Shown: positions 1-9,275 of the stretch, in pieces
How the letters are laid out: each line of letters opens with the position of its first letter
How positions within the stretch are numbered: the first letter of the stretch is position 1
NCBI GenBank assembly: GCA_964291395.2
Contig: OZ219858.1
Location: 960,001-1,024,000 of the forward strand
Length of the DNA stretch: 64,000 nt
Reading direction: 5' to 3'
From: Alphaproteobacteria bacterium
GTDB lineage: Bacteria > Pseudomonadota > Alphaproteobacteria > UBA2966
Made by a program: the position numbers and the translations under genes
The notes under the pieces: model-generated
The model's input: only the letters and a program-made list of their open reading frames with translations
Told to the model about the DNA's origin: nothing
Database searches by the model: none

Positions 1-345
1 GACGGCGGCGTCCTTGCCCAGCCGGTCCTCGAAATAGGCGATGGGTCTTCCCGCGGCAATCGACAGGAACACGGTGTCGGGGCCGACGAATTCCGCGTAG
101 GCAGGCACCACGTCATCGGTAATCTGGGGCTTGACCGCGAAGACGACGACTGCCGGCGCGACATCGCGCGGCAATGTTTCCACGGCTTCACTGCAGGAAA
201 TGCCGAGATCGTGTGCCAGAGAGCGGGATTCTTCCGCCGGATCAACGATATAAACGTGGCCTGCATCGACGTCGCACCCCAACCACCCGCGCAGCAGGGC
301 GCCACCCATCTTTCCGCAGCCGACAAGGAGGATGGTCTTGTTCAT
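1..345 (-). CDS. proC: Pyrroline-5-carboxylate reductase, 5' part (runs off the window edge)
   Basis: Manual translation from ATG at 345: MNKTILLVGCGKMGGALLRGWL...VVFAVKPQ...FLSIAAG, typical ProC motifs; not in the ORF track. Confidence 0.9.
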   Translation of the reverse strand, partial: MNKTILLVGCGKMGGALLRGWLGCDVDAGHVYIVDPAEESRSLAHDLGISCSEAVETLPRDVAPAVVVFAVKPQITDDVVPAYAEFVGPDTVFLSIAAGRPIAYFEDRLGKDAAV

Positions 346-368
346 GGGCGGAACCCGGTTGAGTCGGT

Positions 369-872
369 CTAGGCCTCGCCGACTGTTTCCAGCATGACCG
401 AGGCCAGGGCGTCGTCCGCGGTCTTACCGCCCCATAACATGAACATGAAGGCGGGAAAATAGCGTTCGCTCTCGTTCAACGCCACGTCGATCAGGTCTTC
501 GACTTGCCGGGGCGTGGCCGGGGCGTCGGCCCCGAGCAGAAGCGCGTGCCGGAACATCGCGAATCCGCCTTCGGCCGAATAATCGAAATGGCCCAGCCAC
601 AGGCGCTCGTTGACCAGGGTGAGTAGCGCACGGGTATCCGGCAAGCGATGGTCGGGGACCCGCAGATCGAATGCGCAGGAAAATTGCATCACGCCTTGGT
701 CTTCCCGCCACGTGAACCAGAGATGGTAGCGGTTCCAATGTCCCTCGACGTATGCTGCAAGCTCCTCGTCTCCCGAACGATCGGCGGGCCATTCGTTGGC
801 CACCATGAACTGCTCGACGACATCGAGCGGGTTTGTCGGCGCGAACTCGACTGGGTCAATCAGACTGGTCAT
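369..872 (-). CDS. YbjN-domain protein
   Basis: ATG at 872 (MTSLIDPVEF); NPLDVVEQ, LVNERLWLGHFD and ERYFPAF motifs; usual position next to proC. Confidence 0.85.
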   Translation of the reverse strand: MTSLIDPVEFAPTNPLDVVEQFMVANEWPADRSGDEELAAYVEGHWNRYHLWFTWREDQGVMQFSCAFDLRVPDHRLPDTRALLTLVNERLWLGHFDYSAEGGFAMFRHALLLGADAPATPRQVEDLIDVALNESERYFPAFMFMLWGGKTADDALASVMLETVGEA

Positions 873-1094
873 TACCGGAACTCCGCAGCGGATAGGCGGA
901 AGAGAGGCGGCAATTCGGTCGACATCTCGACCACAGCTCTCAATATGTTGTAGACGATTCCAGCACCATAACAGAATGTAGCCTGCCAAATCGTGGATTC
1001 GGGTGCAAGCGCCGAATCGGGTCGACCGTCGGAAATCTGTGGAAAACGCCCTGTTCGCGCGTCTTTTCGGCCGATGTTCGGAACCTGAAACCGC

Positions 1095-1433
1095 TCAGGT
1101 CGACGTCCTGCGGGCGCTCCCCGTCGTCCGCTTCTTGGCCGCGGCCGTCCCCTTTGCCTTACCGCCGCTCGTGGCCCGACGCTTTGTTGGAGCACTTGAT
1201 TTCTCGAGCGCCTCGAGCCGCTTCTCAAGGGCATCGTTCTCACGGCGCGCCGCGGCGGCCATCGCTTTGACGGCGTCGAACTCCTCACGGGTCACCAAAT
1301 CCATGCTGCTCAATATGCGCTCGAATTGGTCCCGCAGGCGCGCCTCTACCTCGTCTCTCACGCCCTGCAGCGTCCCAATGGCGCTCGCAGCCACGCGGGC
1401 CAAGTCATCAAGAAGCTTGTTGTCAGTCTGCAT
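1095..1433 (-). CDS. ubiK: Ubiquinone biosynthesis accessory factor UbiK (BMFP family)
   Basis: MQTDNKLLDDLARV...MDLVTREEFDAVKAMAAAARRENDALEKRLEALE signature; divergent from lgt. Confidence 0.85.
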   Translation of the reverse strand: MQTDNKLLDDLARVAASAIGTLQGVRDEVEARLRDQFERILSSMDLVTREEFDAVKAMAAAARRENDALEKRLEALEKSSAPTKRRATSGGKAKGTAAAKKRTTGSARRTST

Positions 1434-1570
1434 TTCCAGCGTCTCCGGCGATTTCGTCACTATGGCGCAGGTGGGTGACAGCGGCAAGTTTAGCGCCTTG
1501 CGGCCCGCACGGCTGCTTTCTATAAGGGCAAGAGACTCGAACGGCTGGTCGCGCCAAAAGACTTGGATCG

Positions 1571-2413
1571 GTGCCGGCCAACGTCGATCAACTTGAATCC
1601 TCGGAGTCAAGAACGCTGCTTCCGGCTGTCCTCTCGTATCCCGCCATTGATCCGGTTCTCGTGCAGGTCGGACCGTTCGCGGTCCGTTGGTATGCACTGG
1701 CTTACATCGCCGGTTTGTTGCTGGGCTGGCGCTATATCGTCGCCTTGACCCGCCTGCGCGACCCGCCGCTCGAGAAACAAGACGTCGATGACTTCATCGT
1801 CTGGGCGACGCTCGGTGTGATTCTGGGCGGTCGGCTCGGCTATACCCTGATCTACCGCCCCGACTACTACTTGGCGAATCCCGTCGAAATACCGTTCATA
1901 TGGCAGGGCGGGATGTCATTTCATGGCGGCCTGGTCGGAGTGGTCGTGGCGGTTTGGTTGTTCTCCCGGCGCCGCGGGCTCGACACCTTGGGGGTGGGCG
2001 ATCATGTCGCCTGCGCGGCGCCGATCGGATTGTTCTTCGGTAGGATCGCAAACTTCATCAATGCGGAATTGCTCGGGCGGCCCAGTGACGTGGCGTGGGC
2101 GATGGTGTTTCCGGGCGGTGGCGCGGTGCCTCGGCATCCCAGTCAGCTTTATGAGGCCCTGCTCGAGGGTGTCTTGTTGTTCGTCGTTCTGGCGGTACTG
2201 GTCCGAAAAGACTCGATCCGGCTCAAGCGTGGCGCACTGTTCGGCATCTTCCTCGTGGGATACAGCGTCGCGCGCGCCTTCGCCGAGCTCTATCGCGAAC
2301 CCGATTCGCATCTCGGCTTCTTGATATCGGGCATGACGATGGGGCAGTTGCTGTCCGTGCCCGTATTCCTCTTCGGCATTTACCTGCTCGCCCGTGTCAG
2401 GAAATCAGCTTGA
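1571..2413 (+). CDS. lgt: Prolipoprotein diacylglyceryl transferase (start uncertain)
   Basis: VRWYALAY, GGRLGY, GGMSFHGG, GRIANFINAEL, RHPSQLYEA motifs. Confidence 0.97.
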   Translation: MPANVDQLESSESRTLLPAVLSYPAIDPVLVQVGPFAVRWYALAYIAGLLLGWRYIVALTRLRDPPLEKQDVDDFIVWATLGVILGGRLGYTLIYRPDYYLANPVEIPFIWQGGMSFHGGLVGVVVAVWLFSRRRGLDTLGVGDHVACAAPIGLFFGRIANFINAELLGRPSDVAWAMVFPGGGAVPRHPSQLYEALLEGVLLFVVLAVLVRKDSIRLKRGALFGIFLVGYSVARAFAELYREPDSHLGFLISGMTMGQLLSVPVFLFGIYLLARVRKSA

Positions 2414-3509
2414 CCCCAATGGCGGTCTGGCGGCGGAACTGCGTCGCCGGATCCGGGTCTCCGGGCCTCTGACCGTGGCGGAATATATGGCCGAGGCGCT
2501 CGGGAATCCGCGGTACGGCTACTACAAGATCCGAAACCCGATCGGTGCTGCGGGCGATTTCATCACCGCCCCGGAGGTCAGCCAGATGTTCGGCGAGCTG
2601 ATCGGACTGTGGTGCGCCGACACGTGGCAAAAGTTGGGTGCTCCGAGTCCGGTACGCTGGGTGGAGATCGGACCCGGCCGCGGCACGTTGATGCGCGACG
2701 CCTTCCGGGCAAGCCGGGCCCTGCCGGCGTTCCGCGACAGCGCGGACATACATTTCGTCGAAACCAGCCCGGTCCTCCGCACGTGCCAGAGAGAGGCGCT
2801 TCAAGATGTCGACGTGACATGGCATGACCGCTTTCTCCACGTGCCCGACGGGCCGGTCATCGTGGTGGCCAACGAGCTCTTCGACGCGCTGCCCATCCAC
2901 CAATTCGAGCGGACCTTCCATGGCTGGTACGAACGTCTGGTGGACTTGGACGTAGACGGCGAGGGCTTCCGCTTCGTGTTCGGGCCGGTGACGGCGGCCT
3001 TTTCTCTCGTGTCCGAGGAACTCCGGAACGCGCCGCTCGGCAGCGTGATCGAGGTGAGCCCCGCCTGCATCAATCTGATGCGGGATATCGCGGAACGTGT
3101 GGTTGACAGCCCGGGAGCAGCCCTCATCATCGATTACGGCAGTCTCGAGACCCGGCCCCGGGACACGCTGCAAGCCGTCGTCGCCCACCGAAGTCACGAG
3201 GTGCTCGACTCGCCGGGTAGTGCCGACCTCTGCGCCCATGTCGACTTCGCCGTTCTCGAACAGACGGCGACCGAATGCGGAGCGGAAGTCTGGGGGCCGG
3301 TTCTGCAAGGCGAGTTCCTGGAGTCGCTGGGGATTCGAGTCCGGGCGACACGGCTTAAGGAAACGCTGACACCGGAACGGTCCGGCGAGGTCGACAGTGC
3401 CCTCGAGCGGTTGACCGGACCAGGCCGGATGGGCACCTTGTTCAAGGTGTTGGCGATCGGCTCACCCGGAACGCCGGTTCCCGACGGGCTCGGTGCGAAC
3501 AACCGGTAG
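2394..3509 (+). CDS. MidA/NDUFAF7-family SAM-dependent methyltransferase
   Basis: GDFITAPEVSQMFGELIG, EIGPGRGTLM, ANELFDALP, IDYG, MGTLFKVLA. Confidence 0.93.
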   Translation: MSGNQLDPNGGLAAELRRRIRVSGPLTVAEYMAEALGNPRYGYYKIRNPIGAAGDFITAPEVSQMFGELIGLWCADTWQKLGAPSPVRWVEIGPGRGTLMRDAFRASRALPAFRDSADIHFVETSPVLRTCQREALQDVDVTWHDRFLHVPDGPVIVVANELFDALPIHQFERTFHGWYERLVDLDVDGEGFRFVFGPVTAAFSLVSEELRNAPLGSVIEVSPACINLMRDIAERVVDSPGAALIIDYGSLETRPRDTLQAVVAHRSHEVLDSPGSADLCAHVDFAVLEQTATECGAEVWGPVLQGEFLESLGIRVRATRLKETLTPERSGEVDSALERLTGPGRMGTLFKVLAIGSPGTPVPDGLGANNR

Positions 3510-3515
3510 ACCGGC

Positions 3516-4304
3516 ATGCCACGAGACGCCCTTCCAGCACTTCAATCCGAAAATCTGGCCGATGTCACCGGAATTTCTCATGGTTTTTTCACGCGTCAGG
3601 GTGGGGTCTCGAACGGGATATATACATCGCTGAACTGCGGTTTCGGTTCTTCCGACGATCGCCACGACATCGCGGAGAACAGAGCCCGGATCTCGCGGGT
3701 TCTCGACGTGGATCCGGCGAATCTGAGGACCGTCCATCAGGTTCACGGCAAGAACGTGCGCATCGTCGATGATCGGGGCACCGCCCGAGAGCCTGCCCAG
3801 GCGGATGCGCTGGCGACCAACCTCTCGGGGATTGCGTTGGGAGTCCTGACGGCGGACTGCGCACCCGTTCTCATGGCCGATCCCACTGTCCCCGTGATAG
3901 CCGCCGCCCACGCCGGCTGGCGCGGTGCGCTCGATGGCGTCGTCGAATCGACCGTCGCCGCGATGATCGGGCTGGGAGCGCGCCCTTCGTCGATCATCGC
4001 CGGCATCGGACCATGTATCGGCCCACGGACATATGAGGTGGGCCCGGGATTTCCAGAGCCGTTTGTCGAACGGAATCCCGAGTACCGGCGTTACTTTCAG
4101 GCGGCACCGCGCCCGGACCATTTTCTTTTTGATCTCTCCGGTTTTGTCGAGTCGGCGTTGAACGCTGCAGGTATCGGGACTATCGAGCGTATTGGCGGCG
4201 ACACATTGAGCGAAGAGGGTCGTTTCTTCAGCTATCGGCGCGCTTGCCGCCGGGGAGAACGCGATTACGGCCGGCAGTTGTCGGCGATCGCGCTTCAACA
4301 TTGA
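3516..4304 (+). CDS. pgeF: Peptidoglycan editing factor PgeF (YfiH)
   Basis: HGFFTRQGGVS, QVHG, TADCAPVL, AHAGWRG, FFSYRR. Confidence 0.95.
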   Translation: MPRDALPALQSENLADVTGISHGFFTRQGGVSNGIYTSLNCGFGSSDDRHDIAENRARISRVLDVDPANLRTVHQVHGKNVRIVDDRGTAREPAQADALATNLSGIALGVLTADCAPVLMADPTVPVIAAAHAGWRGALDGVVESTVAAMIGLGARPSSIIAGIGPCIGPRTYEVGPGFPEPFVERNPEYRRYFQAAPRPDHFLFDLSGFVESALNAAGIGTIERIGGDTLSEEGRFFSYRRACRRGERDYGRQLSAIALQH

Positions 4305-4339
4305 GGCTAAGTGCCCTGCCGCACCCGTTCCGGCCCGAA

Positions 4340-4546
4340 CGCAAGGTAGAGGTCGACTGAACCGTCATTCATCCCGGTGGGCGTCGCGTCGGTTCGGTGC
4401 GTCAACGAAATTCCGTGGAGGCCGGGCGCCTCGACGGCGCCTGGGGAATGATTGCGACGGTCGCCGCACATGGTGGCGCGGAGGGTGTGGTGTCGCTTTT
4501 GGAGGGGGCTGGGGATCGACTGCGAAACAGGCCGGGCAAACGCTGA
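4340..4546 (+). pseudogene. C-terminal remnant of the conserved hypothetical protein usually found upstream of prs in Rhodospirillales
   Basis: Frame reads RKVEVD*TVIHPGGRRVGSVRQRNSVEAGRLDGAWGMIATVAAHGGAEGVVSLL; TGA at 4358-4360 where Trp is expected; no 5' part or start codon. Family recognised from memory only. Confidence 0.55.
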
Positions 4547-4734
4547 TTCGTCCGCTGGACGAACGGCTTTCTCGAAAGTGGAACGGTACCTGATCGTACG
4601 TGTTCGGCGCGTTGGGCCCGGCGTTTACACACCGTAACCTCCTTGATAAATTCCGCCGCGGTCACGCTCACAAATCGATTTCACGCAGCAGGACGACAGA
4701 CTGTCCCGGAATTGGAGCCGATGGGGACGACGCT

Positions 4735-5667
4735 ATGAAGATCGTCGCCGGCAACGCCAACCGTCCGCTCGCGGAGGCTATGGCAGCCTATTTGAATCAG
4801 CCGCTGACCAGAGCCGTCATCCGCCGCTTCTCCGATATGGAGGTGTTCGTCGAGATTGAGGAAAACATTCGTGGTGAGGACGTTTTCCTGATCCAGCCGA
4901 CTTCCTATCCGGCAAACGACAACTTGATGGAGCTGCTGGTCTGTCTTGACGCCCTGAAACGGGCATCGGCACGCCGAATCACGGCCGTCGTGCCGTACTA
5001 TGGCTATGCCCGGCAGGACCGCAAATCTGGCCCCCGCACACCCATTTCGGCCAAGCTCGTGGCCAATCTGATCACGACCGCCGGCGCTGATCGGGTCGTC
5101 ACGCTCGACCTTCACGCCGGCCAGATTCAGGGATTCTTCGATATTCCGGTGGATAACTTGTTCGCCGCACCGGTGTTCTCGGAAGATATCGAGGAGCACT
5201 ACGACGGTGAGGACCTGATGTTCGTGTCACCCGATGTCGGCGGTGTGTTGCGCGCGCGCGCGTTGGCCAGACGACTTGACGCCGGACTTGCCATCATAGA
5301 TAAGCGGCGCGAACGAGCGGGCGTTTCCGAAGTGATGAACATCATAGGCGACGTATCCGACTGTCGGTGTGTGATCGTCGACGACATCGTGGATTCGGCC
5401 GGTACCCTGTGCAGTGCGGCCGACGCGTTGATGGAAGCGGGCGCCAAGTCAGTCACGGCATACGTAACCCATGGCGTGCTGTCCGGCGGCGCCGTGGCGC
5501 GGGTCACGGGTTCCTCTCTGGAGGCGCTGGTTACGACCGACAGCATATTGGCGACGGAAGCGGTGCGTGTGGCACGGAACATTCGGCGTATTTCGATCGC
5601 CCCGCTGATGGCGGAATCCATGTCGCGAATCAGTGAGGAGCGTTCCGTCTCGTCGTTGTTCGATTGA
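4735..5667 (+). CDS. prs: Ribose-phosphate pyrophosphokinase
   Basis: ATG at 4735 ([13 protein letters not shown]); [36 protein letters not shown]. Confidence 0.98.
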   Translation: MKIVAGNANRPLAEAMAAYLNQPLTRAVIRRFSDMEVFVEIEENIRGEDVFLIQPTSYPANDNLMELLVCLDALKRASARRITAVVPYYGYARQDRKSGPRTPISAKLVANLITTAGADRVVTLDLHAGQIQGFFDIPVDNLFAAPVFSEDIEEHYDGEDLMFVSPDVGGVLRARALARRLDAGLAIIDKRRERAGVSEVMNIIGDVSDCRCVIVDDIVDSAGTLCSAADALMEAGAKSVTAYVTHGVLSGGAVARVTGSSLEALVTTDSILATEAVRVARNIRRISIAPLMAESMSRISEERSVSSLFD

Positions 5668-5727
5668 CGGGTTGGTGGAGGTCGCTCTCTTGCGGCTGCG
5701 GATGGAGCACCGCGAAAGGAGTACGAA

Positions 5728-6450
5728 ATGTCTGATGCTGACGTGATTTCGGCGCAAAGCCGCACTGACTTTGGTCGTGGCGCTTCACGGGCCGCACGTA
5801 GGTCCGGACGCGTTCCCGGCGTGGTCTACGGCGCTGGAAAGGACACGATCTCGATATCGCTCGATCGCCGCCAGCTGGATCGCGAAATGGGGCGCGGCGG
5901 CTTCTATACGCGCCTGTACAGTCTCCGGCTCGACGATCAATCCGAACAGGTGCTGGCACGTGAGGTTCAACTCCACCCGGTCACGGACGTGCCGATGCAC
6001 GTGGATTTCCTCCGCCTGTCCCAGGACTCCACGATACGACTGCAGATTCCCGTGCATTTCGGGAACGAAGAGGAGTCACCGGGCCTCAAACGCGGTGGGG
6101 TGCTGAACGTGGTACGCCACGAGGTCGAGGTCAACTGTCGAGCGGACGCGATCCCGGAAAGCTTCACCGCGGATCTCACGGGCCTCGACATTGGCGACGC
6201 GGTGCGTATCAGCGATATCCGGTTGCCCGAAGGCGTCGAACCCGTGATTACGGATCGTGACTTCACGATTGCGACCGTCACCGCGTCGAGCGCGGCCATC
6301 GAGGAGGCCGCCGCCGAGGCCGAGGCGGCTGAATTGGCTCTGCTGGAAGGCGAGGAGGGAGAAAGGGCCGTCGAAGGTGAAGCCGTCGAGACGGCAGAAG
6401 GCGACGTCCCGGCCGAAGCGGCGGCTTCGGAGGGCTCCGAGGAGGGATAG
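5728..6450 (+). CDS. rplY: 50S ribosomal protein L25 / general stress protein Ctc
   Basis: GRGASRAARRSGRVPGVVYG, VQLHPVTD, HVDFLR, PGLKRGGVL; AAAGGAG RBS. Confidence 0.97.
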   Translation: MSDADVISAQSRTDFGRGASRAARRSGRVPGVVYGAGKDTISISLDRRQLDREMGRGGFYTRLYSLRLDDQSEQVLAREVQLHPVTDVPMHVDFLRLSQDSTIRLQIPVHFGNEEESPGLKRGGVLNVVRHEVEVNCRADAIPESFTADLTGLDIGDAVRISDIRLPEGVEPVITDRDFTIATVTASSAAIEEAAAEAEAAELALLEGEEGERAVEGEAVETAEGDVPAEAAASEGSEEG

Positions 6451-6459
6451 CTTCCCGCC

Positions 6460-7074
6460 ATGTTGCTCATCGTCGGTTTGGGCAATCCCGGAGAGCGGCA
6501 CAAGAAGAATCGGCACAATATCGGTTGGATGGCCATCGACGCGATCGCCGCGGGCCATGGTTTCGGATCGGAACGCCGGCGCTTCCATGGTCTGGTTTCC
6601 GAAGGCCGGTTGGCGGGTCGCCGGGCCACGACCCTCAAACCGACGACATCCATGAACGTATCGGGACAGGCGGTCGGCGCGGCCATGCGCTATCACCGGC
6701 TGGCGCCGCGGGATGTGGTCGTATTCCACGACGAGCTCGACCTGATTCCCGGCAAGGTGCGGGTCAAACAGGGCGGCGGCAACGCGGGTCACCGGGGATT
6801 GATCAGCATCGACGCCCATATCGGCAAGGACTACCGCCGGGTCCGCCTCGGCATCGGACACCCGGGGAGCAAGAGCCGCGTCAACCGCCACGTGTTGGGC
6901 GATTTCGGCAAGTCGGATCTCCCATGGCGCGCCGCGTTGCTGGAAGCCATCGTGGAGGCCGTGCCCATGCTGGCCGCGGGCGACGATGCCGGATTTCAAA
7001 ACAGGGTGGCAGCGCTCGCGCCACCGCCGAGACCCGAGGCTGCGTCGACGAACGCCGTCAAAACCGATCACTGA
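6460..7074 (+). CDS. pth: Peptidyl-tRNA hydrolase
   Basis: LIVGLGNPG, NRHNIG, KPTTSMNVSG, HDELD, RVRLGIGHP. Confidence 0.97.
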   Translation: MLLIVGLGNPGERHKKNRHNIGWMAIDAIAAGHGFGSERRRFHGLVSEGRLAGRRATTLKPTTSMNVSGQAVGAAMRYHRLAPRDVVVFHDELDLIPGKVRVKQGGGNAGHRGLISIDAHIGKDYRRVRLGIGHPGSKSRVNRHVLGDFGKSDLPWRAALLEAIVEAVPMLAAGDDAGFQNRVAALAPPPRPEAASTNAVKTDH

Positions 7075-7088
7075 CCCCCGGAGGCGAT

Positions 7089-7526
7089 ATGGCAGGTGTC
7101 TGGTACGACGACTACGATGTCGGTCACGTGTTCGAGTACGGCGAAGTCACCGTGGTCAAGGAAGAGATCATCGGGTTCGCCCGGAAATATGATCCGCAGC
7201 CCTTCCACGTCGACGAGGAAGCCGCAGCCGCCGGCGTGTACGGCGGCATCATCGCAAGCGGTTGGCACACGGTATGCCTCTGCATGCGCCTCATCGTGGA
7301 CAACATGATGGGTTCTGAGTCGGGCAGCATCGGCTCTCCCGGCCTAAGCGAGGTGAGCTGGCCGAAACCGGTGCGTCCGGGCGACACCCTCAGGTTGCGT
7401 GGGGAAATACTCGAGAAGATCCCGTCCAAGAGCAAACCGGACCGTGGTTTTTGGCGCGTACGTTTCGCGGCCCTCAACCAGGATGATGAGGAAGTGGCCG
7501 TCATGGTGCCGCTGCAGTATTTTTGA
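7089..7526 (+). CDS. MaoC-family dehydratase (possible 1-nt loss in a T5 run at the 3' end)
   Basis: GGAG RBS and ATG at 7089; FARKYDPQPFHVDEEAA, IASGWHT, WPKPVRPGDTL. Confidence 0.88.
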   Translation: MAGVWYDDYDVGHVFEYGEVTVVKEEIIGFARKYDPQPFHVDEEAAAAGVYGGIIASGWHTVCLCMRLIVDNMMGSESGSIGSPGLSEVSWPKPVRPGDTLRLRGEILEKIPSKSKPDRGFWRVRFAALNQDDEEVAVMVPLQYF

Positions 7527-7645
7527 AACGACCGGACGCGCCCGCGGAGTCCTCGGCCGGAAATTGACGGTCCCGACACCGCCTATGTTATAGATTCGGA
7601 CCGGCGTCAGATTTGTCCATTGCCTCAATAGGGAGAGAAGGATCG

Positions 7646-8316
7646 ATGGGATCGACGACGACGCTCACCGCGGAGGACGGCCATGAATTCGCCGCCTACG
7701 AGGCGGTACGGGATGGTCCGGTCAAGGGACGTCTCGTCGTCGTCCAGGAGGCGTTCGGGCTCAACAGTCACATCCGTGACGTGTGTGATCGATTGGCCGA
7801 CGAAGGTTATGCCGCGGTTGCGCCGGCGATGTACGACCGTGATGGGCGCGGAATCGAATTGGGTTACTCTGAAGGAGAGGTTCAGGAGGCCCGGGCGATC
7901 ATGGCGCGCATCCCTTGGGACGCCGCCATGCTCGACGTTCAGGCCGCATATGACTTCCTGGCCGGAAATGGTCCCGTCGGCATAACGGGGTTCTGCTGGG
8001 GTGGATCGGTGGCTTGGCTCGCCGCGTGCCGTTTGGATTTCGCCTGTGCCGTTCCGTACTACGGAGGAAGAATCATCGACTTTGTCGCGGAAAAGCCCAC
8101 CTGCCCCACGATGTGCCACTTCGGTGAGCTGGATGCGACGATCCCCATGGACGACGTCAACGAGATCATCGCCTGTCATCCCAGCGTCACGGTGCACGTC
8201 TATCCGATGCCGGGCACGGTTTTCATTGCGACCAGCGCGCCCATTATCACGAGGAAAGCGCTCGACTCGCCTGGAGTCGCACGATGGCGTTCTTCGAACA
8301 CCACCTTTCCGAGTAG
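7646..8316 (+). pseudogene. Dienelactone hydrolase family protein with a -1 frameshift near 8204-8206 (real or a sequencing error)
   Basis: QEAFGLN and GFCWGG nucleophile motif in frame 1; the catalytic His segment DAGHGFHCDQRAHYHEESARLAWSRTMAFFEHHLSE* lies in another frame ending at TAG 8314-8316. Confidence 0.85.
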
Positions 8317-8340
8317 CGGCCGGCGGATCTCCGAGTCTCG
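8285..8340 (+). repeat. Direct repeat copy 1 (3' end of the dienelactone hydrolase gene)
   Basis: tggcgttcttcgaacaccacctttccgagtagcggccggcggatctccgagtctcg matches 9131-9186 at 52/56 nt. Confidence 0.93.
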
Positions 8341-8478
8341 CACCGCCGCCGCCGGCGGAGCCTTGAAGCCCGCACGGTCATTGAATCGTTCTCGAGCCCG
8401 GCGTCGCCCGCTCCAGGTTCTTTCATGTCTTCTTTCGCCTTCGTCCATCCGTCCATCAGGTGTCCTCTTGGGGCGTCT

Positions 8479-8769
8479 TCACAAGTGGCGTAGCGCATCC
8501 ATGCCGACATGCAGGATGCGGATGATCAGAACGCCTTCCTCCTCCTCCGCATAAAAGATCGTATGTGACCGGTGCTCGAAGCGCCTCAGGCCCGGAACGA
8601 GCTGCGACGCGTCGCGGCCCAATCTCGGGTTTCCCGCGAGACTTTCGAAACACGCCTCCAACTCGTCCCGATACCGGCGCGCCTGCTCGACGCCAAAGGC
8701 CTCGATGGTGTAATCCGCGATTCCCGCGAGGTCGACGCCGGCGCGGGACGTGAGGCGGTACTCAGCCAT
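8479..8769 (-). CDS. ParE/RelE-family type II toxin
   Basis: MAEYRLTSRAGVDLAGIADYTIEAFGVEQARRY...GLRR...IIRILH; overlaps the antitoxin end. Confidence 0.9.
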   Translation of the reverse strand: MAEYRLTSRAGVDLAGIADYTIEAFGVEQARRYRDELEACFESLAGNPRLGRDASQLVPGLRRFEHRSHTIFYAEEEEGVLIIRILHVGMDALRHL

Positions 8770-9016
8770 GCCTCGCTGTGTGGCGTTCCTCAGCCTCCGC
8801 CCAGATCTCTTTTACTGTCGCATCGCTCGCGCCGCTCTCCAGACCTTCCCGGATCTCCTCCTCCAGGATCCGGAGTTGCGTGCTCCTTTCCTGGTCCCGA
8901 CGGATCAGATCGCGGAGGTATTCGCTGTCGTTTCCGTAGTCGCCGCTTGCGATCCGCGACCTGATCCATTGCTCCTGCTTGTCGGTCACCGTGATGCTCT
9001 TGCGTACCAGTGCCAT
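8762..9016 (-). CDS. ParD-like ribbon-helix-helix antitoxin
   Basis: RKSITVT...IASGDYGNDSEYLRDLIRRDQER...IREGLESG. Confidence 0.9.
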   Translation of the reverse strand: MALVRKSITVTDKQEQWIRSRIASGDYGNDSEYLRDLIRRDQERSTQLRILEEEIREGLESGASDATVKEIWAEAEERHTARHG

Positions 9017-9049
9017 CTTGTTTCCCAACCGGTAATAGGAATATATGTG

Positions 9050-9059
9050 ATGATATCAT
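9050..9059. promoter_or_regulatory. Candidate antitoxin operator palindrome ATGATATCAT
   Basis: Perfect 10-bp palindrome in the AT-rich region upstream of the antitoxin. Confidence 0.35.
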
Positions 9060-9130
9060 ACACTCTCCTATCACTCCATGTAGACGGAACAGGCTGCCTG
9101 GGCGGTGATATCCATCAATCCGTCCAAAAT

Positions 9131-9186
9131 TGGCGTTCTTCGAACACCACCTTTCCGAATAGCGGCCGGCCGATCGCCGAATCTCG
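9131..9186 (+). repeat. Direct repeat copy 2 (duplicated hydrolase 3' end)
   Basis: 52/56 identity to 8285-8340; still encodes AFFEHHLSE*. Confidence 0.93.
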
Positions 9187-9275
9187 GAGCGGGTGGGGCC
9201 GTCCATGGCGGCGGGACCTCCAGGTCCGTGCGGCCCTTGCCCTGCTTTCAAGCCCGACGGCGTTTCGGCGTGGGA

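Larger units (their letters stand above)
8285..9186. mobile_element. ~0.9-kb toxin-antitoxin islet bounded by a gene-end duplication; no integrase
   Basis: ParDE pair lies between two 56-bp direct repeats. Confidence 0.7.

Noticed and set aside
4358-4360. In-frame TGA as a second selenocysteine or recoded Trp
   Set aside because: No start codon or 5' part, no Cys-type motif, and TGA is a normal stop elsewhere in the window; best read as a nonsense mutation
7524-7526. MaoC TGA as a Sec codon
   Set aside because: No redox motif; a homopolymer indel explains the short C-terminus better
7075-7645. Absence of ychF after pth as a gene loss
   Set aside because: No remnant visible and this linkage varies between lineages; cannot be judged from one window
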